Positions 7,486 through 19,794 of a stretch of 32,000 nt of DNA are shown piece after piece. Source of the stretch: Vibrio alginolyticus NBRC 15630 = ATCC 17749. GTDB lineage: Bacteria > Pseudomonadota > Gammaproteobacteria > Enterobacterales > Vibrionaceae. The position numbers and the translations under genes are program-made. Each line of letters opens with the position of its first letter. Position 1 is the first letter of the stretch. The notes beneath the pieces were generated by a model, which worked only from the letters and a program-made list of their open reading frames with translations, did no database searches and was not told the origin of the DNA. Where the stretch lies: assembly GCF_000354175.2 (NCBI RefSeq), contig NC_022359.1, positions 90,001-122,000 of the forward strand. The letters are read 5' to 3'.

Positions 7486-8442
7486 ATGCATAAATCTAAC
7501 TTCGAAACTCTTCAGCAATACTTAGAGTCGCAGATCATCGGACAGCAAGATCTGGTAAAGCAACTGCTTGTTGCGCTTCTTGCGGATGGGCATATTTTAG
7601 TTGAAGGCCCTCCTGGGTTAGCAAAAACCCGTGCAGTAAAATCACTCTCAGACTGTGTTGAAGGCGACTTCCACCGCATTCAGTTCACCCCTGATTTGCT
7701 GCCAGCCGATTTAACCGGCACCGATATCTTCCGTCCCGAAACCGGAGAATTCACTTTCCAATCAGGTCCTATCTTCAACTCGCTTATTCTTGCGGATGAG
7801 ATAAACCGTGCGCCAGCCAAAGTACAAGCGGCAATGCTTGAAGCAATGGCAGAGAAACAAGTCACAGCAGGTCGTCATACCTACCCGCTGCCAGAGTTGT
7901 TTTTGGTTATGGCAACTCAAAACCCGATAGAGCAAGAAGGGACCTACCCCCTTCCTGAAGCGCAGCTAGACCGCTTTTTATTGCATTTAGAAGTGGAATA
8001 CCCAGATGCGGAGCATGAGCTGTCTATCTTGCGTATTAACCGCGGAGAAGCAAAAGGCGAAGCAAAGGTTGAACGCCCAATGTTAAGCCAACACGATATA
8101 TTCACCGCACGTAAAGAAGTGTTGGATATTCATATGGCAGAAACGATAGAGCAGTACATCGTCCGTTTAGTTATGGCGACACGTCAAGCCAACAAATATG
8201 ACACTGAGTTGGACAAATGGTTGTCAATGGGTGTGAGTCCGCGTGCTACCATCGCTCTTGATCGCTGTGCACGTGCGCACGCTTGGCTTGCTGGTCGTGA
8301 TTTTGTCTCTCCGGAAGATGTTCAAACCATGGCTTATCCGGTACTGCGCCACCGTTTATTGTTGAGTTACCACGCTCAAGCTGAAGGCATTACGGCAAAC
8401 CAGGTCATCGATAAACTGCTAAACCTTGTTGGCAGTGCATAA
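7486..8442 (+). CDS. MoxR-family AAA+ ATPase
   Basis: 318 aa. Walker A is GPPGLAKT and Walker B is LILADEINRA. Length and C-terminal lid are typical of MoxR. It is the first gene of a Bat-like operon. Confidence 0.93.
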   Translation: MHKSNFETLQQYLESQIIGQQDLVKQLLVALLADGHILVEGPPGLAKTRAVKSLSDCVEGDFHRIQFTPDLLPADLTGTDIFRPETGEFTFQSGPIFNSLILADEINRAPAKVQAAMLEAMAEKQVTAGRHTYPLPELFLVMATQNPIEQEGTYPLPEAQLDRFLLHLEVEYPDAEHELSILRINRGEAKGEAKVERPMLSQHDIFTARKEVLDIHMAETIEQYIVRLVMATRQANKYDTELDKWLSMGVSPRATIALDRCARAHAWLAGRDFVSPEDVQTMAYPVLRHRLLLSYHAQAEGITANQVIDKLLNLVGSA

Positions 8443-8455
8443 ACGAGTGAGTGAT

Positions 8456-9382
8456 ATGTCCGCTACACATTCATTACCACCTCATGCGAATGGGGTGACA
8501 TTAACCCTTGAAGAGCTGCTCCAATATCGCACTCAATCTGTACGTTGGTTACCACCAGCACAGAGTCTCTGGTCGCAGATGAGTGGTAACCATACCAGTC
8601 GCCAAAAAGGGCGAGGTATGGATTTTATGGAGGTGCGCCAATATCAACCTGGCGACGATATTCGCAGCATTGATTGGCGAGTCACCGCTAGGACCGGTAA
8701 AGCACATACGAAGTTGTTTGCAGAAGATAAAGAGCAAGCGGTCATTCTTTATCTTGATCTAAGTTCTAGTCTACATTTTGGATCTAAGTATGTACTCAAA
8801 TCCGTTCAATTGGCCCACTTTGCCAGTGTTCTAATTTGGCTAACTCTAGCTAAAAAAGATCGCATCGGCGCAGTGATTGATGACGGACATCAATGTCTTG
8901 AATTTCGCCCCTCTTCTTTACAAAGACAAGGGCTGCGGATTCTTAACGCCATAGTCGACATACATAATGCGCAAGTAACTCGTACTGCAAGCAACGACAC
9001 TCGTACACTGCCGTATGCACAAGTATTGGAGACACTTCATACGCTCACCCCAAAAGGCAGCGAATTGATTATGCTCAGTGATTTTGCCCACGTAATACCA
9101 ACGGAACTGGCACAACTACGTCGACTCAAACAACACAATAGCGTAAGGGCTGTTCAGTTTTATGATCCGTTAGAAAGAGGCGAAACAGACTTTAGAGGTC
9201 AAGTGAAAGCTTCGGATGGGCTGCATAGTCAATGGTTTAACTTTGGCTCTAAAGGACAACGAAGAGAACTCGAAAGCCATTTTACCCAACATCAAGAAAC
9301 CATTAAGCAGCAATGCCATTCAATAGCAATTCCATTTAACACGCTATCAAGTGGCTGGCCCTTAATTTCACAATTAAGCTAA
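8456..9382 (+). CDS. DUF58 domain protein, the usual MoxR partner
   Basis: Carries the QYQPGDDIRSIDWRVTARTGK motif characteristic of DUF58. The track ORF starts at TTG 8426, inside the moxR gene. ATG 8456 (MSATHSLPP...) lies 14 nt after the moxR stop and is the more likely start. Confidence 0.85.
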   Translation: MSATHSLPPHANGVTLTLEELLQYRTQSVRWLPPAQSLWSQMSGNHTSRQKGRGMDFMEVRQYQPGDDIRSIDWRVTARTGKAHTKLFAEDKEQAVILYLDLSSSLHFGSKYVLKSVQLAHFASVLIWLTLAKKDRIGAVIDDGHQCLEFRPSSLQRQGLRILNAIVDIHNAQVTRTASNDTRTLPYAQVLETLHTLTPKGSELIMLSDFAHVIPTELAQLRRLKQHNSVRAVQFYDPLERGETDFRGQVKASDGLHSQWFNFGSKGQRRELESHFTQHQETIKQQCHSIAIPFNTLSSGWPLISQLS

Positions 9383-9419
9383 CAAACTGACAAGCAGTAT
9401 TTATTAAGCAGTAATAATA

Positions 9420-9896
9420 ATGACAACAAACAACCAAAGCCTAGACCTTGAACCTTTGATTTTGCCAAACGCACCGGATTGGTTTCCGCTCGCTTGGGGA
9501 TGGTGGGTGGTGCTTGCAGCCACCTTGCTCTTCGTTTTCGGCATTTGTCTTTATGTGAGATGGCGTAAAAAACACTTACGCGCAAAAAAGACAGCATTAA
9601 CACTTTTAACTCAACCTACCGCGCCTCATACCCCCTCTTCTGCTCTGGAAATATTGCGCCAGGCAGCATTGAGTTACTTTCCGCGTGAAGAGATCGCACC
9701 ATTAACCGGAATCGCTTGGTATGAATTTCTCGATAGCCATACCAAAGAAAGTCGATTCGTAGACAAACAACATCAATGGCAAGAAGCGTTGTATCAGAAT
9801 TCTTCCCAAGGGCAGCATCAAAGCTTGGTAGACGATTGTGTCTTTTGGATAACCTACGCTTTGCCACCAAAGAAAAAGGCAAATAACCGTGACTGA
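9420..9896 (+). CDS. DUF4381-like small membrane protein
   Basis: 158 aa with one TM helix (WFPLAWGWWVVLAATLLFVFGICLYV) after a short N-terminal segment. Its position between the DUF58 and VWA genes matches Bat-like operons. Confidence 0.7.
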   Translation: MTTNNQSLDLEPLILPNAPDWFPLAWGWWVVLAATLLFVFGICLYVRWRKKHLRAKKTALTLLTQPTAPHTPSSALEILRQAALSYFPREEIAPLTGIAWYEFLDSHTKESRFVDKQHQWQEALYQNSSQGQHQSLVDDCVFWITYALPPKKKANNRD

Positions 9897-10885
9897 GCAA
9901 ACACTCATAACCGATCTTGCCCAATGGCTAAACATCGAATTTGTCTGGTGGTGGGCACTGTTTTTGTTGCCCATCCCCTGGCTGGTATACAAGTTCCTGC
10001 CACAAGAATCTCAACAAGCCGAGATCAAATTGGCGTACTTACCGACTAATGAGAATAGCAGCAAACCTAAGCAAGCGCTGCAAAAAGCGCTTTCAATCGC
10101 GATCTGGGGCCTTCTTGTCGTCGCTTGTGCACGTCCAGTTTGGTTTGGTGATCCCGTTGAATTCCAACCCAAATATCGGGACTTGATGTTAGTCGTCGAT
10201 CTGTCCGGTTCGATGCAGCAGGAAGACATGGAACTCAACGGCGAATATATCGATCGCCTCACAGCAGTCAAAAAAGTTCTGTCTGATTTCGTAGCAAAGA
10301 GAAAAGGTGACCGTCTCGGAGTTGTTTTGTTTGGCGACCATGCTTATTTGCAAACACCACTCACTGCAGACCGAAAAAGCGTCATGCAACAGATTAATCA
10401 AACCGTCATCGGTTTGGTTGGTCAACGAACCGCCATTGGTGATGGTATTGGTTTAGGCACAAAAACCTTTGTAGACAGTGATGCTCCCCAACGAGTCATG
10501 ATTTTGCTCAGTGACGGCAGCAATACTGCAGGGGTGCTCGAGCCGCTAGAAGCAGCGGAAATTGCGAAAAAATACAACGCCACTATTTACACCGTGGGCG
10601 TGGGCGCTGGTGAAATGATGGTGAAAGAGTTTTTCATGACTCGCAAAGTCAACACCGCAGCCGACTTAGATGAACAAACACTGACTAAAGTGGCAGAGGT
10701 GACAGGTGGACAATATTTTCGAGCGCGAGATACGGAAGAGCTCGAAAAGATTTATAACACAATCAACCAGCTAGAACCCGTATCTAGCGACACACAAACT
10801 TGGCGCCCACAGTCTGAATGGTTTCCATATCCATTAAGCGCTGCATTTGTATTATCGGTATTGTTATTCCTATTAAGGAGAAAAC

Positions 10886-10893
<8 letters not shown>
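9889..10893 (+). CDS. VWA domain membrane protein (BatA-like)
   Basis: 334 aa with N-terminal TM helices. The VWA domain has the MIDAS motif VVDLSGSM, followed by ...ILLSDGSNT. There is a C-terminal TM helix. The GTG start overlaps the upstream stop by 8 nt. Confidence 0.88.
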
Positions 10894-12652
<1,759 letters not shown>

Positions 12653-12841
12653 AGGATCAAGGTGAACCAATACAGGCTAAAGCGCATCCCGAAAAAATGC
12701 ATCAGGATGATCCTGAGTTCCGTCGACTAGAAGCAGTAGAAAGTGCTCGCGACCCAAGCTTTTTGATCCGTGCGCAAATGCAACTTCAAGCGCAACAAAA
12801 ACAACCTCCACAACAATCTCAAAAGGAGTGGTAAGCCTGTG

Positions 12842-14485
12842 ATGAACAAAGGCGTAAAACTGGTCTTTATTTTTGTGGCCAGCCTGATATCCAGTTTCTC
12901 GGTGATGGCACAGACACTTCAAGCTAGTGTGAATAAAACACAAGTAGCCAAGAATGAAGTGATTAACCTCAGAATCATTTCAGATACTGAGCTCAGCTCA
13001 GACTCAATCGACTTCAATGTTCTAGAGAAAGACTTCTTCTTGGGTCAACCTCGTTATGGCCGCTCTAGCAATAACATTAACGGAAGAAAATCAGTGCGTA
13101 CCGAGTGGAGTATCTCAATTGCACCAATGAAAGAAGGTGTTCTGACTATTCCAAGTTTTTCCGCTGATGGTATGAAAACGGAGCCGATCAAACTACGTGT
13201 CAACGCGAGCCAAACAGACCCCAATCTTGATGATCTATTTAGCTTCAATATTACGGTCGACAACAGTACGCTCTACCCTCAGCAATCTGCAACATTACGT
13301 ATACAGCTTCTAATCAAAGCGGACACTCGACGCCTAGATAACCCACAAATAGTACCTCCGCAAATTGAAGGCATGAAGCTTGAGGCACTGGGTGGCTTAC
13401 AGCAAAGACAGAAGATCTTAAATGGGTTAGAAGTAGCGGTCATAGAGCAGTCGTTTCGCCTAACGGCCAATCAACCAGGCACTTATACCTTGATAGGTCC
13501 TAAACTGACCGGTTCTTATATTTATGGCGACAGCTTGACGGGCTCAACCAAAATAATGCCTATCAACACCAAAGCGGAACGCATGCCAATCACGGTCAAA
13601 CCGATTCCGAGCGAATTTAAAGGTGAATGGCTTCCTGCTTCAGCGTTAGAAATGACACAGAGCTGGCAAGACGATCAAGGTAATCTACTGTCGATTAACG
13701 CGATCAACACAGTAAAGCAAGGTTCTTCACTCACTCGAACCATTCAAGTTAAGGCTCGCGGTACACAAGCCGAATATCTGCCACGAGTCAATATTAGTTA
13801 CCCGAGTTCACTGCGCGTGTATCCCGAACAACCTAAGTTCGATAGCGGAAGAGATGGCACCGTTACCATGACGGTGAAGCAAGTCATTATTCCTACAGAG
13901 GCCGGGAAATATACCTTACCAGGATACGACGTGAACTGGTGGGACAGTCAAAATGATGAAGCGAAGAAAACAACGTTACCAGAGCTAACATTAGACGTAG
14001 AGAAAAATGACACTGGGCTAATCACGTTGCCGGAATCGCCTCTTTCAGCGCCTTTAGTGCCAGCCCCTAGTCCTGAATCAAGCGGCGATGTAAACAGTCT
14101 CTGGCGAACATTAACCTTTGTTTTCCTAGGGCTTTGGATAATGACATTGGGAATCGCTATTTGGGCATGGAAAAAGCGGTCAATAACAGCGAGTGGAACG
14201 GTTTCAAATACTGAACAACCACTTTGCATCGACGCGCTAAAAAAAGTCATCGAAGAGGGCGATGCTGCGAAAATTGAACGCTCTGTAAATGAGTATTTAA
14301 CCACTCATCAAGACAGGCTAAACCCTGGCGACGTACAAGCAATTAAGCAAGAGCTTAATGCCATGAATCAAGCGTATTTTAGTGCTAACCAACAACCTTG
14401 GAGCCCTGATTCGCTGCTAGCGAAAATTCAAAACCTTGGCAAAGCAAACGTAACAAAAACCGACCACCAGCTCGAAAAGCTATAA
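12842..14485 (+). CDS. BatD-like protein with an N-terminal signal peptide and a C-terminal TM helix
   Basis: The track ORF starts at 12770. Its first 24 codons overlap the upstream tail and read as basic low-complexity sequence. ATG 12842 (or GTG 12839) follows AAGGAG at 12822-12827 and gives MNKGVKLVFIFVASLISSFSVMAQT, a clear signal peptide. A late TM helix reads LWRTLTFVFLGLWIMTLGIAIWAW. Confidence 0.8.
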   Translation: MNKGVKLVFIFVASLISSFSVMAQTLQASVNKTQVAKNEVINLRIISDTELSSDSIDFNVLEKDFFLGQPRYGRSSNNINGRKSVRTEWSISIAPMKEGVLTIPSFSADGMKTEPIKLRVNASQTDPNLDDLFSFNITVDNSTLYPQQSATLRIQLLIKADTRRLDNPQIVPPQIEGMKLEALGGLQQRQKILNGLEVAVIEQSFRLTANQPGTYTLIGPKLTGSYIYGDSLTGSTKIMPINTKAERMPITVKPIPSEFKGEWLPASALEMTQSWQDDQGNLLSINAINTVKQGSSLTRTIQVKARGTQAEYLPRVNISYPSSLRVYPEQPKFDSGRDGTVTMTVKQVIIPTEAGKYTLPGYDVNWWDSQNDEAKKTTLPELTLDVEKNDTGLITLPESPLSAPLVPAPSPESSGDVNSLWRTLTFVFLGLWIMTLGIAIWAWKKRSITASGTVSNTEQPLCIDALKKVIEEGDAAKIERSVNEYLTTHQDRLNPGDVQAIKQELNAMNQAYFSANQQPWSPDSLLAKIQNLGKANVTKTDHQLEKL

Positions 14486-14501
14486 ATAACTAGATAACAA
14501 T

Positions 14502-14521
14502 GGCAGCTCTCATGAGCTGCC
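14502..14521. terminator. Hairpin between the convergent BatD-like and GGDEF genes
   Basis: ggcagctc (14502-14509), loop tcat, gagctgcc (14514-14521). The T-tails are only modest on either strand. Confidence 0.4.
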
Positions 14522-14614
14522 AATTCTCTTATCCGGCCAAATTTGCTTTAGCGGTTTTATCTAGAGCACCAACCGCCGCCCCCTTCCCTATCAAGTTGCT
14601 CTTATGAACATCAC

Positions 14615-16738
14615 TCACTCAACAAACACTTGGGGCTCGTATTCGTATCGCCTTACACAATTTCGCCCATGATTCTTCGCTTGATAGAGTGCCTTATCCG
14701 ACAACTGATATAAATGGTCGAAATTAAAGTCTTTGCCTTTCGCTTTATAACAGGAGTAACCGACTGAAACGGTAAGTAACTCCCCTTCTGGGTTATGTCG
14801 ATGCTTTATCCCCTCGCCCTCGATGCACTGACGAATGCACTCTGCTCTCAGTCGAACCTCCTCTTGCTCAGAACCAATCATGAGCAATGCAAACTCCTCA
14901 CCTCCGATACGGCAAAAAACTTCATCTTCACCTTTGGTATGATGATCCAAGATATAGCCAATTCGCATCAATGCGATATCGCCTTCGAGATGACCATAGT
15001 GATTATTGAATAAGCCAAAATGGTCAATATCAATCAGGATCAGGCCAAACGACATGTCGTCTTCATACTCTAGGGCACAATATTTTTGCATCACATGTTC
15101 TAACATGCGGCGATTACCAAGACGCGTCAAAGGATCGAGCTTAGAAAGTACCTCAAGCTGTCGATTGGCTTCCTCTAACTCTTTTGTTCGGTTCTGAACC
15201 TCCAGCTCTAAGTTTTCGTTTAGTTCGCGAATCGCCTCTTGAGCTTGAGTACGTTGCAATACTTCAGCTAAGCTGGACGCGAACATACGAATCACTTCAC
15301 GTAACTGAGAAGTTAAGGGCGCACGTGTCAGCAAATTATCAACAGCGATAAAGGCGATAGGACCACTGCTATTTGAAGTCAATACCGTCATCGCAGCCCA
15401 ACCAAAGCCAACAATATTACAGTCATGATAAATAGGCACTGATTCTTCAAATGCGACTTCGTTTGGCATTGAGCGAGCCAGATTTATAAGAGAGAAATCT
15501 TGGGTTTCGCCAAAGAAGTAAGATTCATCCACCACATTACCTTGAATATCGGTACCCCACGTTCCTTGCATGTAAGAGCAATTTTCATCAGTTAAAAACA
15601 CCGCCATTCGATCAATACCAAGATTTTTAATGGCGAAAGTGACGGCCGATTTGCATACTCCACTGACAGTAGTGCAACGTGATAACTCAACCATGCTTGA
15701 ATGCAGCATGCGTACGTTTTGTTCTTGGCGCTTACGAATGTAAATTTGAGAGAAGAGTGAACCAAACGAGTCCAACATCTGTTTTTGATATGCCGTTATC
15801 GGCTTACGATGAATAAAGTTATCTAGCGCGAACCACCCAAACGGTTCATTGCCATCGCGTAAAATCAACATCGCATTCCAGCCCTGCCCGATGACCTTGC
15901 CTGCTGTGTATATTGGCGCGTCTTCTACAATAACTAAGTTGCTCTCGAGGCTAGATAACGCGGTGATATACTCCTCGCTAAGTTGGTGTAAATCGTATTG
16001 TGTGTGAAATTCATCAATCGTAATTCCTGACTCATCCGTACCGTATGTACCACTGAAGCTGCGCTTTTTCATATCGAGAAGCATCAGTGTAGAGCGATCA
16101 AACCCAAGTCGTTCACGTAACGCTTCGACGGCTTTGTAGTACAAGTCCTTTAAAGAATCAGGGTTAGAGATTTCGAGTGCAACTTGCTGAACTAACTTCA
16201 TATTTTCGATAAAGCGCTCGCGTTGGCTAATCTCATCAACATATTGCGCTTCACGAATATCTCTGTGCCTGATCTCTTTCGAGGCATTTTTTTCAGCACG
16301 AATACATTGCCAACGCGCCGCTGCGAGCTGCATTGCGTCGTAACTTTCTTCATAGATATTATGTGCTGTGCGAGCATGTACAGATTGAATCAGTAGGTAG
16401 GTACGTTTGATAGGCGTGTTGTCGAGCATCATGATGTAACTATCACCGCCTAAATCTCGGGTGTGATTCCAGTTACAAGTGTTGATCGCCAGAGGTATGA
16501 TGCTTTCAGAGGTGTCAAACTGACTTGCCCACTCCCAGAATGTCTCAGGATAGTTTTGGGTTGGGTAAAGCTCTCCGCGAGAGAAGCTCATCGAATGACG
16601 AGGGTTAATTGAAGGATCTTCAAAAATAGCGAGGGCTTGAGGGGAGAACAGACTCTCTAAATGATCAAAGATTGCCTCCGCTAGCAACCGATGGTCCCTC
16701 GTTGAAGACACTTTTCTTGTAAAACTTCTTAAACTCAC
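14615..16738 (-). CDS. Diguanylate cyclase with an N-terminal region, two GAF-like domains, a coiled coil and a GGDEF domain
   Basis: 707 aa with a GTG start. The C-terminal GGDEF domain has an intact GGEEF active site (RIGGEEFALL, nt 14891-14905). It is preceded by a coiled coil (LELEVQNRTKELEEANRQLEVLSKLDPLTRLGNRR). Two internal segments of about 150 aa are similar to each other and resemble GAF domains. No TM segment is present. Confidence 0.88.
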   Translation of the reverse strand: MSLRSFTRKVSSTRDHRLLAEAIFDHLESLFSPQALAIFEDPSINPRHSMSFSRGELYPTQNYPETFWEWASQFDTSESIIPLAINTCNWNHTRDLGGDSYIMMLDNTPIKRTYLLIQSVHARTAHNIYEESYDAMQLAAARWQCIRAEKNASKEIRHRDIREAQYVDEISQRERFIENMKLVQQVALEISNPDSLKDLYYKAVEALRERLGFDRSTLMLLDMKKRSFSGTYGTDESGITIDEFHTQYDLHQLSEEYITALSSLESNLVIVEDAPIYTAGKVIGQGWNAMLILRDGNEPFGWFALDNFIHRKPITAYQKQMLDSFGSLFSQIYIRKRQEQNVRMLHSSMVELSRCTTVSGVCKSAVTFAIKNLGIDRMAVFLTDENCSYMQGTWGTDIQGNVVDESYFFGETQDFSLINLARSMPNEVAFEESVPIYHDCNIVGFGWAAMTVLTSNSSGPIAFIAVDNLLTRAPLTSQLREVIRMFASSLAEVLQRTQAQEAIRELNENLELEVQNRTKELEEANRQLEVLSKLDPLTRLGNRRMLEHVMQKYCALEYEDDMSFGLILIDIDHFGLFNNHYGHLEGDIALMRIGYILDHHTKGEDEVFCRIGGEEFALLMIGSEQEEVRLRAECIRQCIEGEGIKHRHNPEGELLTVSVGYSCYKAKGKDFNFDHLYQLSDKALYQAKNHGRNCVRRYEYEPQVFVE

Positions 16739-16984
16739 CCTACCAACCTAATCTACTTTTTTATCCTCGATAAAAAACTACTTAGGCCATGATATGCAAT
16801 CAATACGTTCAAATTTGAGCTGTTAAGTCATTCGCAAAATTATCAGACTTAGTGTTACATTCGAGAGCTCTTCAGCACTTTTAAAGCCATGTTTCACATA
16901 AGTTACATGCTTTATAAACTGGGGAGGAAAGTTGTACTTATTTACAAGATTTTTGTGTTGGTAGATGTTTTAAGCCTACGACTT

Positions 16985-17015
16985 AAAAAGAAAAAGGCCC
17001 CTCATCAAGAGGGGC
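16985..17015 (-). terminator. Rho-independent terminator after pstB
   Basis: Stem gcccctc (16997-17003) / gaggggc (17009-17015) with a 5-nt loop. On the minus strand it is followed by CTTTTTCTTTTT. It lies 51 nt downstream of the pstB stop. Confidence 0.85.
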
Positions 17016-17065
17016 AAAGTTACCATCGCTTATAGTTATTTAGTTATGCTTGTAAATACGGTGGA

Positions 17066-17815
17066 TTAACCGAAATCACCATTTACGTAGCCTTGAGTAC
17101 GGTCGTCTTGAGGGTTGCTAAAGATCACTTGCGTATCGTTGTGCTCAACCAGTTCACCCATTAGGAAAAACGCAGTGCGGTCAGAGATACGACGCGCCTG
17201 TTGCATTGAGTGAGTCACGATAACGATGGTGTAGTTCTTCTTTAGCTCTTCCATCAGTTCTTCGATTTTGTGTGTCGCAATTGGGTCAAGTGCCGACGTT
17301 GGCTCATCCATCAGAATCACATCCGGCTCCATCGCGATTGTACGTGCAATACATAAACGTTGCTGCTGACCACCAGAAAGACCGAATGCGTGTGATTTAA
17401 GGCGATCTTTCACCTCATCCCAAAGTGCAGCACCGCGCAGCGAACGCTCTACCACTTCATCAATTGTCTTTTTGTCTTTGATACCTTGAGCACGTAAGCC
17501 GTAAGCCACGTTCTCGTAAATGCTCATCGGGAATGGGTTTGGCTTTTGGAATACCATGCCGACTTTGATGCGAAGGTCAGCAACATCAATGTTGCCGTAA
17601 ATATCTTCGCCGTCCATCGCCAATTTACCTGTAATTTTCACGCCTTCGATTAGGTCATTCATTCGGTTCAAACAGCGTAGAAGCGTTGATTTTCCGCAAC
17701 CTGACGGGCCGATAAGTGCCGTCACTTGGCGAACTGGAATTGGTAAGTTGATCGATTTCAGTGCTTGGTTGTCACCGTAGAATAGGTCTAGGTTTTCAAT
17801 ATCAAATTTGTTCAT
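17066..17815 (-). CDS. pstB: Phosphate ABC transporter ATP-binding protein PstB
   Basis: 249 aa. Walker A is GPSGCGKST, the signature is [13 protein letters not shown] and Walker B is [11 protein letters not shown]. The N-terminus is typical of PstB, and the gene is last in the pstSCAB order. Confidence 0.95.
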   Translation of the reverse strand: MNKFDIENLDLFYGDNQALKSINLPIPVRQVTALIGPSGCGKSTLLRCLNRMNDLIEGVKITGKLAMDGEDIYGNIDVADLRIKVGMVFQKPNPFPMSIYENVAYGLRAQGIKDKKTIDEVVERSLRGAALWDEVKDRLKSHAFGLSGGQQQRLCIARTIAMEPDVILMDEPTSALDPIATHKIEELMEELKKNYTIVIVTHSMQQARRISDRTAFFLMGELVEHNDTQVIFSNPQDDRTQGYVNGDFG

Positions 17816-17875
17816 TGTCTTAATCTCTTAATTCTTGAATTCGTGTCTTTTAACGTGCGTTCTTAATTAGTGTTG

Positions 17876-18748
17876 TTAGTAAGTTGCGGTGTTAAAACGT
17901 CTAGCAATCAGTTTCGTTACCATGTTGATCAAGAGAACAACTACGATAAGCACTGTTGCCGTACCGTAAGCCTGATTCCATTCTTCAACGGTAAACAGTT
18001 CGGTAGTCAGTTTGTATAGGTGAACGGTTAGCGTACGACCTGAATCCAATAAAGAATCCGGAATACGTGCAACCATACCTGCTGTCAGGAATACTGGAGC
18101 AGACTCACCAATGACACGACCAATACTTAGAATGACCGAGGTTAAGATACCTGGCATTGCGCTCGGAAGAATCAAACGCCAGATAGTGTAAATCTTAGAA
18201 GCACCGAGGCCATAAGAGCCTTCACGGTACGTTTGTGGTACTGCCATCAGCGCTTCTTCCGTTGTACGGATGATAACTGGCAGGATTAGGATACTTAGCG
18301 TCAATGCACCCGACAGAATCGAGAAGCCAAGGCCAAGAATCGCCACGAAGAAAGTCATACCAAACAGGCCGAAAATGATCGACGGGATACCCGCCAATGA
18401 CTCGGTACAGAATCGGATGATTTTCACCAAACGACTGCCCACTTTCGCGTATTCGGTCAAGTAGATTGCCGTCATGATACCGAGTGGCGCTGCCACTGCG
18501 ATAGAAGCAATAACCATGTAAATGGTCGCCACAATCATTGGGAAGATACCATGCTCTTCACCTGTACGCGTATAGTTATCAGTAATGAAGTTCCAATCTA
18601 CGTGTTGTAGACCGTTTGATAGGATGTACCAGATAATCCAGAACAAAAAACCTACCGTTAGTGCTGCCGAGATCCAGACAAATGCGTTAAAGACATTATC
18701 TTTGAACTGGCGTGCTTTTTTCAGTTTTGCGCGATCCATAATAGTCAC
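17876..18748 (-). CDS. pstA: Phosphate ABC transporter permease PstA
   Basis: 290-aa polytopic membrane protein with the permease EAA-type loop (EALMAVPQTYREGSYGLGASK). It sits between pstC and pstB. Confidence 0.92.
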   Translation of the reverse strand: MTIMDRAKLKKARQFKDNVFNAFVWISAALTVGFLFWIIWYILSNGLQHVDWNFITDNYTRTGEEHGIFPMIVATIYMVIASIAVAAPLGIMTAIYLTEYAKVGSRLVKIIRFCTESLAGIPSIIFGLFGMTFFVAILGLGFSILSGALTLSILILPVIIRTTEEALMAVPQTYREGSYGLGASKIYTIWRLILPSAMPGILTSVILSIGRVIGESAPVFLTAGMVARIPDSLLDSGRTLTVHLYKLTTELFTVEEWNQAYGTATVLIVVVLLINMVTKLIARRFNTATY

Positions 18749-18761
18749 CTTTAACGAGCGA

Positions 18762-19694
18762 TTACTTCGCTTTCTCTCGGTTTAGGTACAGTAGTACAGC
18801 GTTCAACGACATGATGAAGACCAGAAGTACTACACCTGTAGCGTAAAGTGCGTTCGCGTGAACACCACTTGCGTAAGACATTTCAATAGCGATGTTTGCA
18901 GTTAGTGTACGAGCCGAATCCAAGATGCCTTCTGGCATTGCCGGCGCGTTACCCATAACCATAATGATCGCCATGGTCTCACCTAATGCACGACCGATAC
19001 CCAGAATCACACCTGTCATGATGCCTGAGCGAGCCGCTGGAACGAGCAATTTAAAGATGGTGTAGATTTTCGATGCGCCCAGTGCCAAAGAACCTTCTTT
19101 ATAAGTACGAGGGACAGCGCGGATAGACGTTTCAGATACCGTAATTACTGTTGGTAGAATCATCACACCAAGAACAATAATACCGGCCAAGATAGTGTTA
19201 CCTGCAGGTACATCAAATACTTTCTGAATCAATGGAACGATAATAACCAGACCGAAGAAACCGTAGACCACTGAAGGAATACCGGCTAGCAGCTCAACCG
19301 CTGGACGGATAATGTCTGCTAATCGCTTTGGTGCGATTTCAGCGATAAAAATGGCGGTCAGAACACCAATTGGAACCCCAACAATGACAGCACCAGCCGT
19401 CGATACGATAGATGCCACAATCATGGTGGCGACACCGTAAAGCGCAGGTGGTAACCAGTTTTGTCCTAAGACAATGCCCGATACGCCTGCTTCTTGGAAT
19501 GCCGGAATACTCTCTCGAACGATGAAGTATGCAATAACGGCTAATGAAACAATGCCGATTACGGCACTCGTTAGGAACAAGCCGTGGAAGATGCGCTCTT
19601 TCCAGTCTACACGACGCTTCTCGCGTAGGCCTGACTTGCTGATAGCTCTAGCGTCAGTATTCATAAGCTTTTCACTATTTGTTGCGATGGTCAT
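18762..19694 (-). CDS. pstC: Phosphate ABC transporter permease PstC
   Basis: 310-aa polytopic membrane protein with a loop paralogous to PstA (IRAVPRTYKEGSLALGASK). It sits directly after pstS. Confidence 0.92.
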   Translation of the reverse strand: MTIATNSEKLMNTDARAISKSGLREKRRVDWKERIFHGLFLTSAVIGIVSLAVIAYFIVRESIPAFQEAGVSGIVLGQNWLPPALYGVATMIVASIVSTAGAVIVGVPIGVLTAIFIAEIAPKRLADIIRPAVELLAGIPSVVYGFFGLVIIVPLIQKVFDVPAGNTILAGIIVLGVMILPTVITVSETSIRAVPRTYKEGSLALGASKIYTIFKLLVPAARSGIMTGVILGIGRALGETMAIIMVMGNAPAMPEGILDSARTLTANIAIEMSYASGVHANALYATGVVLLVFIMSLNAVLLYLNREKAK

Positions 19695-19746
19695 TTAAAA
19701 ATCTCACGGTTCTGGGCAATGCCGTTGAACACAATGGATAGAAAAG

Positions 19747-19772
19747 GCTCAGCCCGAAACGTTGGGCTGAGC
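19747..19772 (-). terminator. Intra-operon hairpin between pstS and pstC; candidate partial terminator or mRNA stabiliser
   Basis: gctcagccc (19747-19755), an 8-nt loop, then gggctgagc (19764-19772), giving a perfect 9-bp stem. On the minus strand it is followed by CTTTTC. Confidence 0.45.
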
Positions 19773-19794
19773 AAACTTTAGAGTCCCGATGGGA

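Noticed and set aside
7305-7487. The 60-aa minus-strand ORF in the MCP/moxR intergenic region.
   Set aside because: It has no RBS and a hydrophobic, Cys-rich composition that looks random. It ends by overlapping the moxR start, and it occupies what should be the divergent promoter region.
12770-12841. The 24-codon N-terminal extension of the BatD-like ORF (MRKCNFKRNKNNLHNNLKRSGKPV).
   Set aside because: It overlaps the upstream coding tail and is basic low-complexity sequence. It would also bury the obvious signal peptide that begins at ATG 12842, which is preceded by AAGGAG.
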